Positions 55,712 to 64,000 of a stretch of DNA of 64,000 nucleotides are shown here, piece after piece (the stretch's first letter is position 1; each line of letters opens with the position of its first letter). The position numbers were made by a program, and so were the translations under genes. Origin of the DNA: Candidatus Levyibacteriota bacterium. GTDB lineage: Bacteria; Patescibacteriota; Microgenomatia; Levybacterales; UBA12049. The stretch lies in the NCBI GenBank assembly GCA_029260905.1, contig JAJDCH010000012.1:2249-66248 (forward strand). Direction: 5' to 3'. The notes below the pieces were generated by a model, which saw only the letters and a program-made list of their open reading frames with translations, made no database searches and was not told the DNA's origin.

Positions 55712-56331
55712 GGATCGTATTGGAAAGATCTGGCTATTTGGTCAAGGTCATTGTACAAAATCTTATCATCTGCTGAAAATGCATAAACCCGACCTTCTGA
55801 TATAAAAATAAAGTATACTTTTCTAGAAGGAATAGTATTGCTAAATACATGTGTGCGAAAAGCCGCATCGTGTCCATCTATCAATAATCTTTGATCTATT
55901 TGTACTTCCATTGTCCTTCGAGAGTCAAAAACCTTTAGAAACTCATTTAAGTTGTTCTGATTTGTGGTCAATTTATCTATTTTTATCTGACCAAATTCAG
56001 CGTCTAAAATTATTGTATTAAACCTCTCCTCCACCTCATATTCAGCAGGGTATTTGAAAGTTAACTTTAGAAAATCAGAATGGTATGTTTTAAGAGCTGG
56101 TGTGGGGGTGATTGTTTTTTGAATTTCAGGTTTTGAGATGTTATCAATTGATTGACTGCTGGACATCAGGCTTACCAACCACAAAACACTTAACGCTAAA
56201 ATCCCGATTAGAATATGGATTTGGAAATTTTTCTTTATACTTTTCTTCTTTGCCATAAATATGCCCCTACAAATTATACTACGTAGCTTTTCTGAAAAAT
56301 GCAAGACCAAGATTAATGAAGGATAAAGCAA
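55708..56331 (-). CDS. Hypothetical signal-anchored secreted protein
   Basis: N-terminal TM helix; no recognised motif; start overlaps the upstream gene. Confidence 0.35.
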   Translation of the reverse strand: MLYPSLILVLHFSEKLRSIICRGIFMAKKKSIKKNFQIHILIGILALSVLWLVSLMSSSQSIDNISKPEIQKTITPTPALKTYHSDFLKLTFKYPAEYEVEERFNTIILDAEFGQIKIDKLTTNQNNLNEFLKVFDSRRTMEVQIDQRLLIDGHDAAFRTHVFSNTIPSRKVYFIFISEGRVYAFSADDKILYNDLDQIARSFQYDP

Positions 56332-56363
56332 TTAAATCCCGATGATTTTAATTCCCTACTAGA

Positions 56364-57488
56364 TTATCCGGTATTAACTCCTATTTTTGAAGCTCGAAAA
56401 ACAAAAGACATATGGAAAGCTCCTACAACAAGAAATAAATACGCCCAGATTGCTGATTTTTCTGCAAAATCTTCAAAACCAAAAACGAAGAAGAATAAAG
56501 TCAGGACAAGAAAAAAAACTGCCAAAAGAAATGAACTTTCTACTCTCAGTCTACTTATTGCTACCAAAATTGCCCAAATTAAAATAATGATAAAAAGTAA
56601 TAAATTGTTAATTTCTGTTACTATAAAAATCTCACCAATAATCACCATAAATAAAACCACTCCAAATACAGGAATGCTTTCTAATTTTCTTTTATCATCC
56701 AACAAGTGGATGTTATACAAAAAGCCAAAAACAACATTAAGCAATCTTATTACTGGGGGAAGAATATATTTGTGAACAAAATTAATAAAAAATATTTTTT
56801 TAACAAATTCAGGTGTAATTTTTTTATTCTTCTCATAAAGTAAATAATAGTAAGCCACAAAAGGTAAAAAGAAAACGAGTATTGAATAAATACTTTCTAG
56901 GTTTTTAACAGCATAAACTATTTTTTCTTTTAAATATGAAAGGGCAAATGAAGGATTTTTTAGATTACTTCGTTCTATTTGATATTCTGTAACTATGGGT
57001 CTATTTTGATTTACAGACAATGCGCTTTTTTCATTTGCCCCCTTGGTAGATACTTCAAATACATAATTTTTATTTTTTGAATTAGAAATCAGATTAAAAC
57101 CAAAAGGAAATAAATTCAGCTCCTTGAATTGTCCCCCGCTATAACTATTAACACTTTGCCATTCATTCTCGCCCTTTTCTCTTATTTTGAAAAAAACTTT
57201 GAAATTATCAGAAACATTTTCTTCATTATTATTCCTAATCCTAATCGCCACAACACCCAAATTCTCTTTCTTTGCTACAAATTCTCCTTTAATTATCTTG
57301 CCATCATATAGCTTTGCGCCTGATGTGTAAATTGCTGAATCTATTTCATGGACAACAGGCACCACGGTATAATGAACATCAAGCATTATGATTTTATAAA
57401 ATGATGCCAAAAAACCAACTAAAAATATAGTCAAAGGAATGATAAATAATAAAAATAATTTTGTTTTTAGAAATTTAATTTTTGTCAT
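56364..57488 (-). CDS. Hypothetical membrane protein (N-terminal TM, ~180-aa extracytoplasmic domain, C-terminal multi-TM)
   Basis: Topology only; translationally coupled (14-nt overlap) to the upstream YfhO-like gene. Confidence 0.35.
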   Translation of the reverse strand: MTKIKFLKTKLFLLFIIPLTIFLVGFLASFYKIIMLDVHYTVVPVVHEIDSAIYTSGAKLYDGKIIKGEFVAKKENLGVVAIRIRNNNEENVSDNFKVFFKIREKGENEWQSVNSYSGGQFKELNLFPFGFNLISNSKNKNYVFEVSTKGANEKSALSVNQNRPIVTEYQIERSNLKNPSFALSYLKEKIVYAVKNLESIYSILVFFLPFVAYYYLLYEKNKKITPEFVKKIFFINFVHKYILPPVIRLLNVVFGFLYNIHLLDDKRKLESIPVFGVVLFMVIIGEIFIVTEINNLLLFIIILIWAILVAISRLRVESSFLLAVFFLVLTLFFFVFGFEDFAEKSAIWAYLFLVVGAFHMSFVFRASKIGVNTG

Positions 57489-59742
57489 AAAATTTTCTAA
57501 CCTCTTGAATTAAAGTATAAATTGTTAACAAAAGCAAGGCCGTACTCGCAATAAGTATCGTAATCAAGTAATAAACTTGATTTTTATAGATAATTACTCC
57601 ATACAATTCATTGTTTTGGACTGTTAATTCAGGAATGTCTTTTGGATAGATAATCCATGTATTTCCAATATAATTTCCCTCTATGTGATAATTGGATGAA
57701 GCGCTAGAACTATTTAGATATAATGCAGTTTCTAAATCTATCATCGGACTATCGTATTGACAACTAGAATTATTACTTTTCTGAAAAGATACTGGCTTTG
57801 AAATACAATCAATTTTTTCATATTCTTCTCTGGATATCCAGACAATCTTCCAACTAGATTTAAATGCCTGAGTCAGATGAATAGCAAACGGCTTATCAGT
57901 TTCTAAATTTGCGAGCTTTATGTAATATCTTGTAGGATCATTTGGAGATACTTTATACGAAACTGAAACACCCTGCTGCAAAGAAGTATTCTTATATTTA
58001 CTATTATTAGGCATGAAAACAACCTCTCTTAATTCAGGATCCAATGAATTGTCAAAAATAGAATCAATTGTTTGTTTGAAAACTATTTTTTTAGGAGAAT
58101 AGATAAAGAAATCATAATCTTTTTTGTTTTTAAAATAATAATGGTTAAAATTAGGGTTTTGGGACACATCCAGTTTGGGATTCTTTTCCATTTCCCCTCT
58201 TAATGAATTTATTTTCTCAATCTCTTCTTCACCATAAAGAGGCCCAGCGTCAATTTCTGGAACAATATCTTTTGCAACAATTATATTTTTCAAATTATGA
58301 GTTACCTGCAAATTATCTATATTCGGATTCATAAATAAATTTTTTGTTATATAAAGTTCTTTGCCTGATATAACTCGAGGATTATCAAAAGAAATTGAGC
58401 GATATTTAGATACTCCATTGTCTAAACAAAGCGTTGAAATTTTTTCATCTTGCATATATCCAGCTCTCCAACATGCACCTGGATAATACTGAACTGCCTC
58501 TGGAATTTTATAAAAAGATTTAACAAAATAGCTTTGATATGAAAGAGGTATTTTATCAACCTGATATTTTTGAAGTCTAAAATCAGAAAAGTTTAATAAT
58601 GGAAGAACGGAAAGTATAACTATTAGTGATGAAAGAGAAAGAAATACTTTTTTATTTCTGGTTCCTACAGTGCCGAGTAAAAAAATAATTGGAATATTTG
58701 CCAAATACAATCCATAGATAGGCGCGTTTGTTAAAAATGGAAAGAGCTTTATCAGAGATGAATAAGCTTCCCGTCCAAAAATATACCCCATCTCAAAAAA
58801 AGTAAACCCCAAAATCATCAAAACAATATTCAAAAAAGTAAATAGTGATTTTTCTTTTAAAACATTTTTAAGCAAATAAATTAAAAAGGTAATAAAAATA
58901 CAAAAACCAAGTACTGTGTATGATCTATGTTCATAAAGAATAAGATTTGTTGACTGAAAGTAGTTGAACATGTCATAAAATCTTCCTTTTACAACAAAAT
59001 TATTAAATACCGAACTGAAATTAAATATACCTGGATTTTTTTCAAAAAAAGGAGTAATAAATGAATATAAAACAGGTAAAAAAATAATTATATTAAAAAT
59101 AACAAAACAAACTATTTTTTTAATTTTCAGAGTTTGCTTTCTTAAAGAAAAAATAATAAACAACAAATACGGTACGATTATAAAAAAATTCAAATGCAAG
59201 AAGCGTACATTTGCCAACCATAAAGACGATGCAGCAAGATTAACCAATAAATACTTCCCCCATCCTTTGTCTTCAAAATAAAATTTATAAAAGCTATATA
59301 TAAACAGTGGAACTGCTGCGTGAATAAGCCCAACACCTCTAAAGCTATACATTAACGGGTTAAACGAATATATTAAAGATAAAACAAATCTTAGCGTTTT
59401 ATCCTTGAAAAATATTGAAGTTAAAAAATAAAATGAGAAAAAAACAAGAATATATGTGGTTAATGAATTAAAGAGTTGAGATCCACCAGCTCCAAATATA
59501 TTGAAAATTGAAAAAGTAAAGAGATTAATTAAAAAATTATTGAAAGCAAAAATTCCCCGATCAAGACCTAAATAATAATTAGTGTTTGAAAAAAGATAAA
59601 ACTGAGAATTAAGCAAGGAGTAAGCTTCTGCAAAATTTTTTGGCCATGATGACTGATCCTGATAAAACCACAAACCCTCTTGAAACATAAAAAAGTTTGT
59701 AGCAATAAGGAAAAATAAAAAAACTATTATTTTAATCTTCAT
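57475..59742 (-). CDS. YfhO-like GT-C-superfamily polytopic membrane protein (~13 N-terminal TM, large extracytoplasmic domain, final TM)
   Basis: The architecture matches YfhO-family teichoic-acid/glycopolymer glycosyltransferases. No motif-level confirmation. Confidence 0.4.
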   Translation of the reverse strand: MKIKIIVFLFFLIATNFFMFQEGLWFYQDQSSWPKNFAEAYSLLNSQFYLFSNTNYYLGLDRGIFAFNNFLINLFTFSIFNIFGAGGSQLFNSLTTYILVFFSFYFLTSIFFKDKTLRFVLSLIYSFNPLMYSFRGVGLIHAAVPLFIYSFYKFYFEDKGWGKYLLVNLAASSLWLANVRFLHLNFFIIVPYLLFIIFSLRKQTLKIKKIVCFVIFNIIIFLPVLYSFITPFFEKNPGIFNFSSVFNNFVVKGRFYDMFNYFQSTNLILYEHRSYTVLGFCIFITFLIYLLKNVLKEKSLFTFLNIVLMILGFTFFEMGYIFGREAYSSLIKLFPFLTNAPIYGLYLANIPIIFLLGTVGTRNKKVFLSLSSLIVILSVLPLLNFSDFRLQKYQVDKIPLSYQSYFVKSFYKIPEAVQYYPGACWRAGYMQDEKISTLCLDNGVSKYRSISFDNPRVISGKELYITKNLFMNPNIDNLQVTHNLKNIIVAKDIVPEIDAGPLYGEEEIEKINSLRGEMEKNPKLDVSQNPNFNHYYFKNKKDYDFFIYSPKKIVFKQTIDSIFDNSLDPELREVVFMPNNSKYKNTSLQQGVSVSYKVSPNDPTRYYIKLANLETDKPFAIHLTQAFKSSWKIVWISREEYEKIDCISKPVSFQKSNNSSCQYDSPMIDLETALYLNSSSASSNYHIEGNYIGNTWIIYPKDIPELTVQNNELYGVIIYKNQVYYLITILIASTALLLLTIYTLIQEVRKFYDKN

Positions 59743-62015
59743 TTTCTTAAATTATACTTTTCGAATCTCTGAATAACAAATATTGAAACAAAAAATATGA
59801 TTGCCACGATAAGCTGAACAAGTAAACTTACATAAAAAAGCATCTGTGTTGAATAATAAGCAATTATATTTATATCAATACTTCCGTCTTTGTTCTCGAT
59901 ATAATAATCTTTTGAAAAATTTTCCTTTATTGTTCCTGGGTCTATCTTCCATAAATTTGCATATCCATTTCCAATTGTATGTGAAGATTCTGAAATTTGA
60001 AAATCTTTCTTCATAAAACTTAATTCATATTCATACAGCTCATTTACATCTCCCGATATATAATTTCTTGAGCTTAAATTGAAATTTTTATTATTTGTCT
60101 TCTGAAGATACAGCTTCCAGTTTTTATCAAAATTAAGATTTAAATAAATATCAGAAACGTCTTTTATACCGTTTATATTTGCAGAAACCCTAACGGGATT
60201 CTGAAAATAAACATTTGATAGTTTGATGTTTTTACCCACCGATAAAACATCACTTCTACAATCGCTTACAATTGAATAAATTGTAAATCCGCTTTCCTTT
60301 TTACCGAAATATTTCTTATTTTTGACCATTTTGTTTTCATCCAGTAATTTTATTAATTCTTCAGATCCATCCTCAGTATTTGCGCCTTTAAAAACATCCT
60401 GTCTTATCATAAGATGTGATATCCCTTGTTCTTTTACAGAACTACAAAACGACTTATTTCCTCTAATCAAATCCATAGTTTCATTTACTTTTTCCTTTTG
60501 GAATGTTTCCAAGGATCCTGTTGAAGAGTCAGGAATAAGCATCTGGAAATTCCAAAAAGTCTTAAGAAAATCATCACCATGATAATAATTTAAAGATTTA
60601 TCATAATATGGTGAGTCACCGTAAAAACCTGGAGCGATAAAAACCTTATTTACATTATCTTTCTTAAGAACTTCTTTCGCATCAAAATAATATCTTGGAA
60701 TTGAAAAATATGTAAAATTCTGTATAAGTAAAAATGAAACAATTGAATAAATTGACAATCCACTCATTAATATTAACAATAATATTTTTTGTTTTTTAAT
60801 TTTTAAGTATTTAAAAATGAATGAAATACCTCCAGCCGACAGCATTAAAAAGAAAAAATAAAATACCCAATAAAATTTCTGAACAGGTCTTCTAAAAATC
60901 TGAAATCCTGGTACATTGTCATACAGCCATTGAAACACTATTTGAAAAGGTTCCTGTCCGCCCTTTGTTATAAAAATTCCAGCAATTATCATCAATACAT
61001 AAAGAGCTATTGCCTTCTTTTTTATTTTTAAAATCGCAATTATAAAAAATGTTATCAAAAAAAGAAAAAATATTATTGAGAAAGGATATGAATTTGGTTG
61101 TGCACCTAGAACTGCTTGATTGCTAAAAAATAATTTATAAATATCTGCATTTTTTACATTTAGCGAGATTGCCTGGCTAATAGCGTTTGTAGCTGAATTA
61201 AGAGAAATTGCTTTGCCAATATTGGAGATAAAAGGAATAAGCCACCACAGGTTGGATAATAAAAGTACAGCAATCACTCCTGAAAATCTTAATAATGATT
61301 TGAAAAAATTTAACTTTTCTATAAATACCAAAAAAATAAAGTAAAAACCAAGAGCTATTAAAAGCGAATAAATTATGGCAACATTACCAAATGAGGTTGC
61401 AGAAAAAAAGAAAATCCAAAATAAAATAATAAAAAAACTTAACTTAATCTTTTTCTCTATTAGTATTTTGTCTGTTAAAAAAATTATTGTCGGAAATAAT
61501 GAATATGGAATAAGGAGAATAAAATGTCCTGGCTCAATGAAGCTTGCAAAAAATGGAGAAAAGGCATATAAAATTGCTCCAAATCCAGCTATCAGATTAT
61601 CAAATCTAGTTGTAGTTTTTATCTTATTTGTCAAAAAATCTTTTATAAAAAAATACATTGAAATCTCAGCCAAAAAGAGCAACATAGATATAAAAAGAAT
61701 TGTCGCAGCTGGAAAAGAAATATTTATAAAATCAAGCAGTAAAAAAAATAAGGTTAGCGGAAAAAGCCCAGAAATATAAAAAGATATATCAATTCCACCA
61801 AAAACAATCGGGTCAAAAACAAACAATCTTTTTTGAAGATATATATCCCAGATAATAGGGGAAATAAAATCTCCTTCTCCTGCTATTAAAAATTTAGAAT
61901 TTCCTACTAGCCATGTGAGAGGTAAAAAAGAAAAAACTATAAATAAAATAATGAATGGATTATTCTTTACAATTTTATTTACTGAAGTAAAAATTTTTTG
62001 CATGATTCTGACCAA
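59739..62015 (-). CDS. Second YfhO-like GT-C-superfamily polytopic membrane protein (tandem paralogue)
   Basis: Same architecture as 57475-59742, with a 4-nt overlap to it. Confidence 0.4.
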   Translation of the reverse strand: MVRIMQKIFTSVNKIVKNNPFIILFIVFSFLPLTWLVGNSKFLIAGEGDFISPIIWDIYLQKRLFVFDPIVFGGIDISFYISGLFPLTLFFLLLDFINISFPAATILFISMLLFLAEISMYFFIKDFLTNKIKTTTRFDNLIAGFGAILYAFSPFFASFIEPGHFILLIPYSLFPTIIFLTDKILIEKKIKLSFFIILFWIFFFSATSFGNVAIIYSLLIALGFYFIFLVFIEKLNFFKSLLRFSGVIAVLLLSNLWWLIPFISNIGKAISLNSATNAISQAISLNVKNADIYKLFFSNQAVLGAQPNSYPFSIIFFLFLITFFIIAILKIKKKAIALYVLMIIAGIFITKGGQEPFQIVFQWLYDNVPGFQIFRRPVQKFYWVFYFFFLMLSAGGISFIFKYLKIKKQKILLLILMSGLSIYSIVSFLLIQNFTYFSIPRYYFDAKEVLKKDNVNKVFIAPGFYGDSPYYDKSLNYYHGDDFLKTFWNFQMLIPDSSTGSLETFQKEKVNETMDLIRGNKSFCSSVKEQGISHLMIRQDVFKGANTEDGSEELIKLLDENKMVKNKKYFGKKESGFTIYSIVSDCRSDVLSVGKNIKLSNVYFQNPVRVSANINGIKDVSDIYLNLNFDKNWKLYLQKTNNKNFNLSSRNYISGDVNELYEYELSFMKKDFQISESSHTIGNGYANLWKIDPGTIKENFSKDYYIENKDGSIDINIIAYYSTQMLFYVSLLVQLIVAIIFFVSIFVIQRFEKYNLRK

Positions 62016-62027
62016 AGAGAGGAGAGC

Positions 62028-62738
62028 TTAATAGTTCATCCTAACAGCAATCTGCTTAAGCATATCCATAAAAGATTGTACGAAATTGTCATTTCTTAGA
62101 GATTCAATATATTTTCCGTATTTTTTAAGATATTTCTCATCAACAATTACACAAAGCCCACAACTCCATTTGAACCGAATCAAATGTAAATTGATGCCTG
62201 TTTTCTCAACCCATTCATTTATCGCTTTTGTACCATGAAATCTTATATCTTGCAGATCAGGATCTGAAGGCGCGCAATATTCATCAAATAAAATTATTGT
62301 GCCTACTTGTATGTGAGGAGTGATCTTATTCAGAGCATCACGATATCCTTCATAAATATCCGCATCAATATGCGCAAATTTTATTTTCTTCACGCCATAT
62401 TTTGACAAAGGTTTTAATTTAGAAAAAACACCTTTAACTAGTTTTGCATTTACTTTTTCTTTGTTCATTCTTCTCTCAACTTGCTTAAGACTTGTTTCTG
62501 TAAAAGTGCCTATTCCCCAATCTTTTTTTAAATTCCCCCCAAGGGGTTGATTAGTGGGTGGCATTCCTCCAAAAGAATCAAATCCAAACAGCTTAATTTT
62601 TTTACCCAAATACCTTTCGCCGAGCTTTGAAGTTTGCACAAGACTACCACCTTGATATACGCCAAACTCCACAAAATCACCAGCAACTGGCGCTTTCCTC
62701 ATTAACTTAAATGCTCTATCAAAAAGAAACTGGATCAT
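62028..62738 (-). CDS. TylF/MycF-family (macrocin-O-methyltransferase-like) SAM-dependent sugar O-methyltransferase
   Basis: GDFVEFGVYQGGS (TylF GDIVECGVWRGGS-like) and HIDADIYEGYRDALNKITPHIQVGTIILFDEY (TylF DGDLYEST..AL..LYPKLS.GG.VIVDDY-like). Confidence 0.65.
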   Translation of the reverse strand: MIQFLFDRAFKLMRKAPVAGDFVEFGVYQGGSLVQTSKLGERYLGKKIKLFGFDSFGGMPPTNQPLGGNLKKDWGIGTFTETSLKQVERRMNKEKVNAKLVKGVFSKLKPLSKYGVKKIKFAHIDADIYEGYRDALNKITPHIQVGTIILFDEYCAPSDPDLQDIRFHGTKAINEWVEKTGINLHLIRFKWSCGLCVIVDEKYLKKYGKYIESLRNDNFVQSFMDMLKQIAVRMNY

Positions 62739-62755
62739 AATTTAAACAAAACTTA

Positions 62756-63817
62756 TTATAACACTTTATTTTTTATTTTTTTACTCTTTTTATATATTTC
62801 TATTATCTGCTCAGCTCTATTATGATATGTATGATATTTCAAAACCCTTTCCATGCCCGCCTTTGCTATTTTTTTTCTTTCTACTGGATGTCTAAGATAA
62901 TAATCTATTTTATCATGCCAGTCTTTTTCATTCTTCGCAATTACCAGTTCTTTTTCAGAAAAATACTTTCGAATAAGTGGAACATTATCAACCAACTCAA
63001 ATCCTCCACATGCAAGAATCTTATATGTTCTCTCATTGAATTCACAATTGCACTTCTGGACCTGGGCTTCATGAACGTTTAAACAAATCTTTGCTGATGA
63101 ATAAACTTTTTTCTCGTCTTGAAAAGAAAGTGAAAACTTGCGTACTTTTTTTAACGGATTTATATTAAAGTACTGTCCTGCTTTTTGTGCATATCCAAGC
63201 ATTTTATTTACAAACGTCCAGTCACTGCCATATATCTTTACATCATATTTATTTTTCAATGGTAATAAATTTTTTTTAAAAAATGCCCGCTTTGCTGGTA
63301 AAAAACTACCCACATAAGAAATGTCGCATTCAAATTTTTTATTGTATTTAGGATAATAAATTGTCTTATCAGCCGCCATGTGTATAGTTTCAAATTTATA
63401 TCCTGTTTCTTCTGTAAATCCCTTCATCATCGGCTCTTCCTGTTCAAACCAATGCCAAAAAACATCTCCAGCAAGACCATCTTTTATAGCCCTTACCTCT
63501 TTTTTATTCTTACTAAGATCTCCAGAACCAGGAAGATCAGAAAGATGATTCCACGAACGGAGTTGACAAAAAACAATGAGTCCTTTCTTTCTATATTTTT
63601 TAAGTATATTAAGATCTATGAATTTCAGATGGTAAAAATTAAGACTGTAGAAGAAAATATCAGGCTGAAAACTATCAAGAAGCTTTTCCAAATTATCATT
63701 GGAAGTAAAAGGCCTAAAATCATGCCCCTTATCTTTGAATGCATTTCTTAACCCTTCATATATAAATCTCGCCGCATAAACAGACTCGAGACTTGGAATT
63801 GTAAACAAGATTCTCAT
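62756..63817 (-). CDS. CgeB-like / GT1-fold glycosyltransferase-like protein
   Basis: C-terminal region ...ILACGGFELVDNVPLIRKYFSEKELVIAKNEKDW...AGMERVLKYHTY resembles the CgeB/Glyco_trans_1_2 C-domain. Confidence 0.45.
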   Translation of the reverse strand: MRILFTIPSLESVYAARFIYEGLRNAFKDKGHDFRPFTSNDNLEKLLDSFQPDIFFYSLNFYHLKFIDLNILKKYRKKGLIVFCQLRSWNHLSDLPGSGDLSKNKKEVRAIKDGLAGDVFWHWFEQEEPMMKGFTEETGYKFETIHMAADKTIYYPKYNKKFECDISYVGSFLPAKRAFFKKNLLPLKNKYDVKIYGSDWTFVNKMLGYAQKAGQYFNINPLKKVRKFSLSFQDEKKVYSSAKICLNVHEAQVQKCNCEFNERTYKILACGGFELVDNVPLIRKYFSEKELVIAKNEKDWHDKIDYYLRHPVERKKIAKAGMERVLKYHTYHNRAEQIIEIYKKSKKIKNKVL

Positions 63818-64000
63818 TATTTTTTTTCTCCCGACACATAATACATTTGTGTTGCAAATGATTTTTTTGAAATGTTGTAATATAAATCACGAAGAAACTT
63901 GTTTCTAAGCTTTGATTTTGATGGATAAAAAGCGAATGATCCGACTGAAATATTTATAAATCCATTTTTAACTTGAAGCTTCTTTAGTTTATTTTTAGTA
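63817..64000 (-). CDS. 3' end of a minus-strand gene that continues beyond the window end (hypothetical)
   Basis: Open frame ...NGFINISVGSFAFYPSKSKLRNKFLRDLYYNISKKSFATQMYYVSGEKK* ends at a TAA overlapping the next ATG (TAATG). It is missing from the track because it runs off the edge. Confidence 0.35.
   Translation of the reverse strand, partial: TKNKLKKLQVKNGFINISVGSFAFYPSKSKLRNKFLRDLYYNISKKSFATQMYYVSGEKK

Noticed and set aside
1-64000. Search for tRNA, rRNA and CRISPR arrays in intergenic regions
   Set aside because: No intergenic segment shows tRNA-like conserved T-loop/anticodon-stem motifs or rRNA-like sequence. No array of regularly spaced identical repeats with unique spacers was seen. 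The heptamer tracts are contiguous tandem repeats inside genes, not CRISPRs.

Overview
Low-GC, gene-dense bacterial segment. Its gene content resembles a Patescibacteria/CPR-type genome: a type-2 IleRS, an alpha2 GlyRS, a reduced dcw cluster, many glycosyltransferases and a DUF4012-like protein. That taxonomic reading is inference only. Layout: (1) 1-2475, 3' end-truncated ileS on the minus strand, then an orphan sensor histidine kinase. (2) 3683-7395, a structured leader with an intrinsic terminator (candidate cobalamin riboswitch) upstream of a four-gene putative corrinoid-capture cluster: DUF4430-like protein, a secreted alpha/alpha-toroid repeat protein, a small membrane protein and a BtuF-like binding protein. 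The toroid-protein gene carries a repeat-mediated 5' frameshift that separates its ATG and signal peptide from the body. (3) 7776-12294, a GT-C-like membrane protein, a SerB-SerA(ACT) fusion and a GlcD-family FAD oxidase. (4) 12979-29093, a remodelled division/cell-wall (dcw) cluster on the minus strand: mraZ, rsmH, ftsL-like, ftsI, murE, pgeF, murC, murA, a GlmU-like nucleotidyltransferase, mraY, ftsW, murG, ftsQ-like, ftsA, a small coiled-coil ORF, ftsZ. Two plus-strand genes are inserted in it, one a CsaA-like tRNA-binding protein. (5) glyQS, recO and a DUF4012-like envelope protein. (6) ~34198-35977, a compositionally distinct IS1595-family element with two passenger ORFs, a 9-bp flanking direct repeat, and promoters inside its terminal inverted repeats. 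(7) 36005-64000, a ~28 kb surface-glycan/protein-glycosylation island containing: a PglC-like initiating transferase, a ManC-like enzyme, several GT4 and GT2 enzymes, an MsbA-like ABC exporter, ArnT/PMT-like GT-C proteins, a polyprenol-phosphate sugar synthase, a WcaF-like acetyltransferase, a TylF-like methyltransferase and two YfhO-like proteins. It also encodes a 974-aa secreted Kelch-propeller/M23-peptidase protein. The most striking recurring signal is a set of tandem heptanucleotide repeats in coding sequence. They sit at the 5' end of the secreted toroid-protein gene and inside three GT4 genes. One GT4 is split by a frameshift at the repeat. This points to slipped-strand phase variation of surface functions. 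No rRNA, tRNA or CRISPR array was found. ORFs running off either window edge are absent from the supplied track and were recovered by hand.
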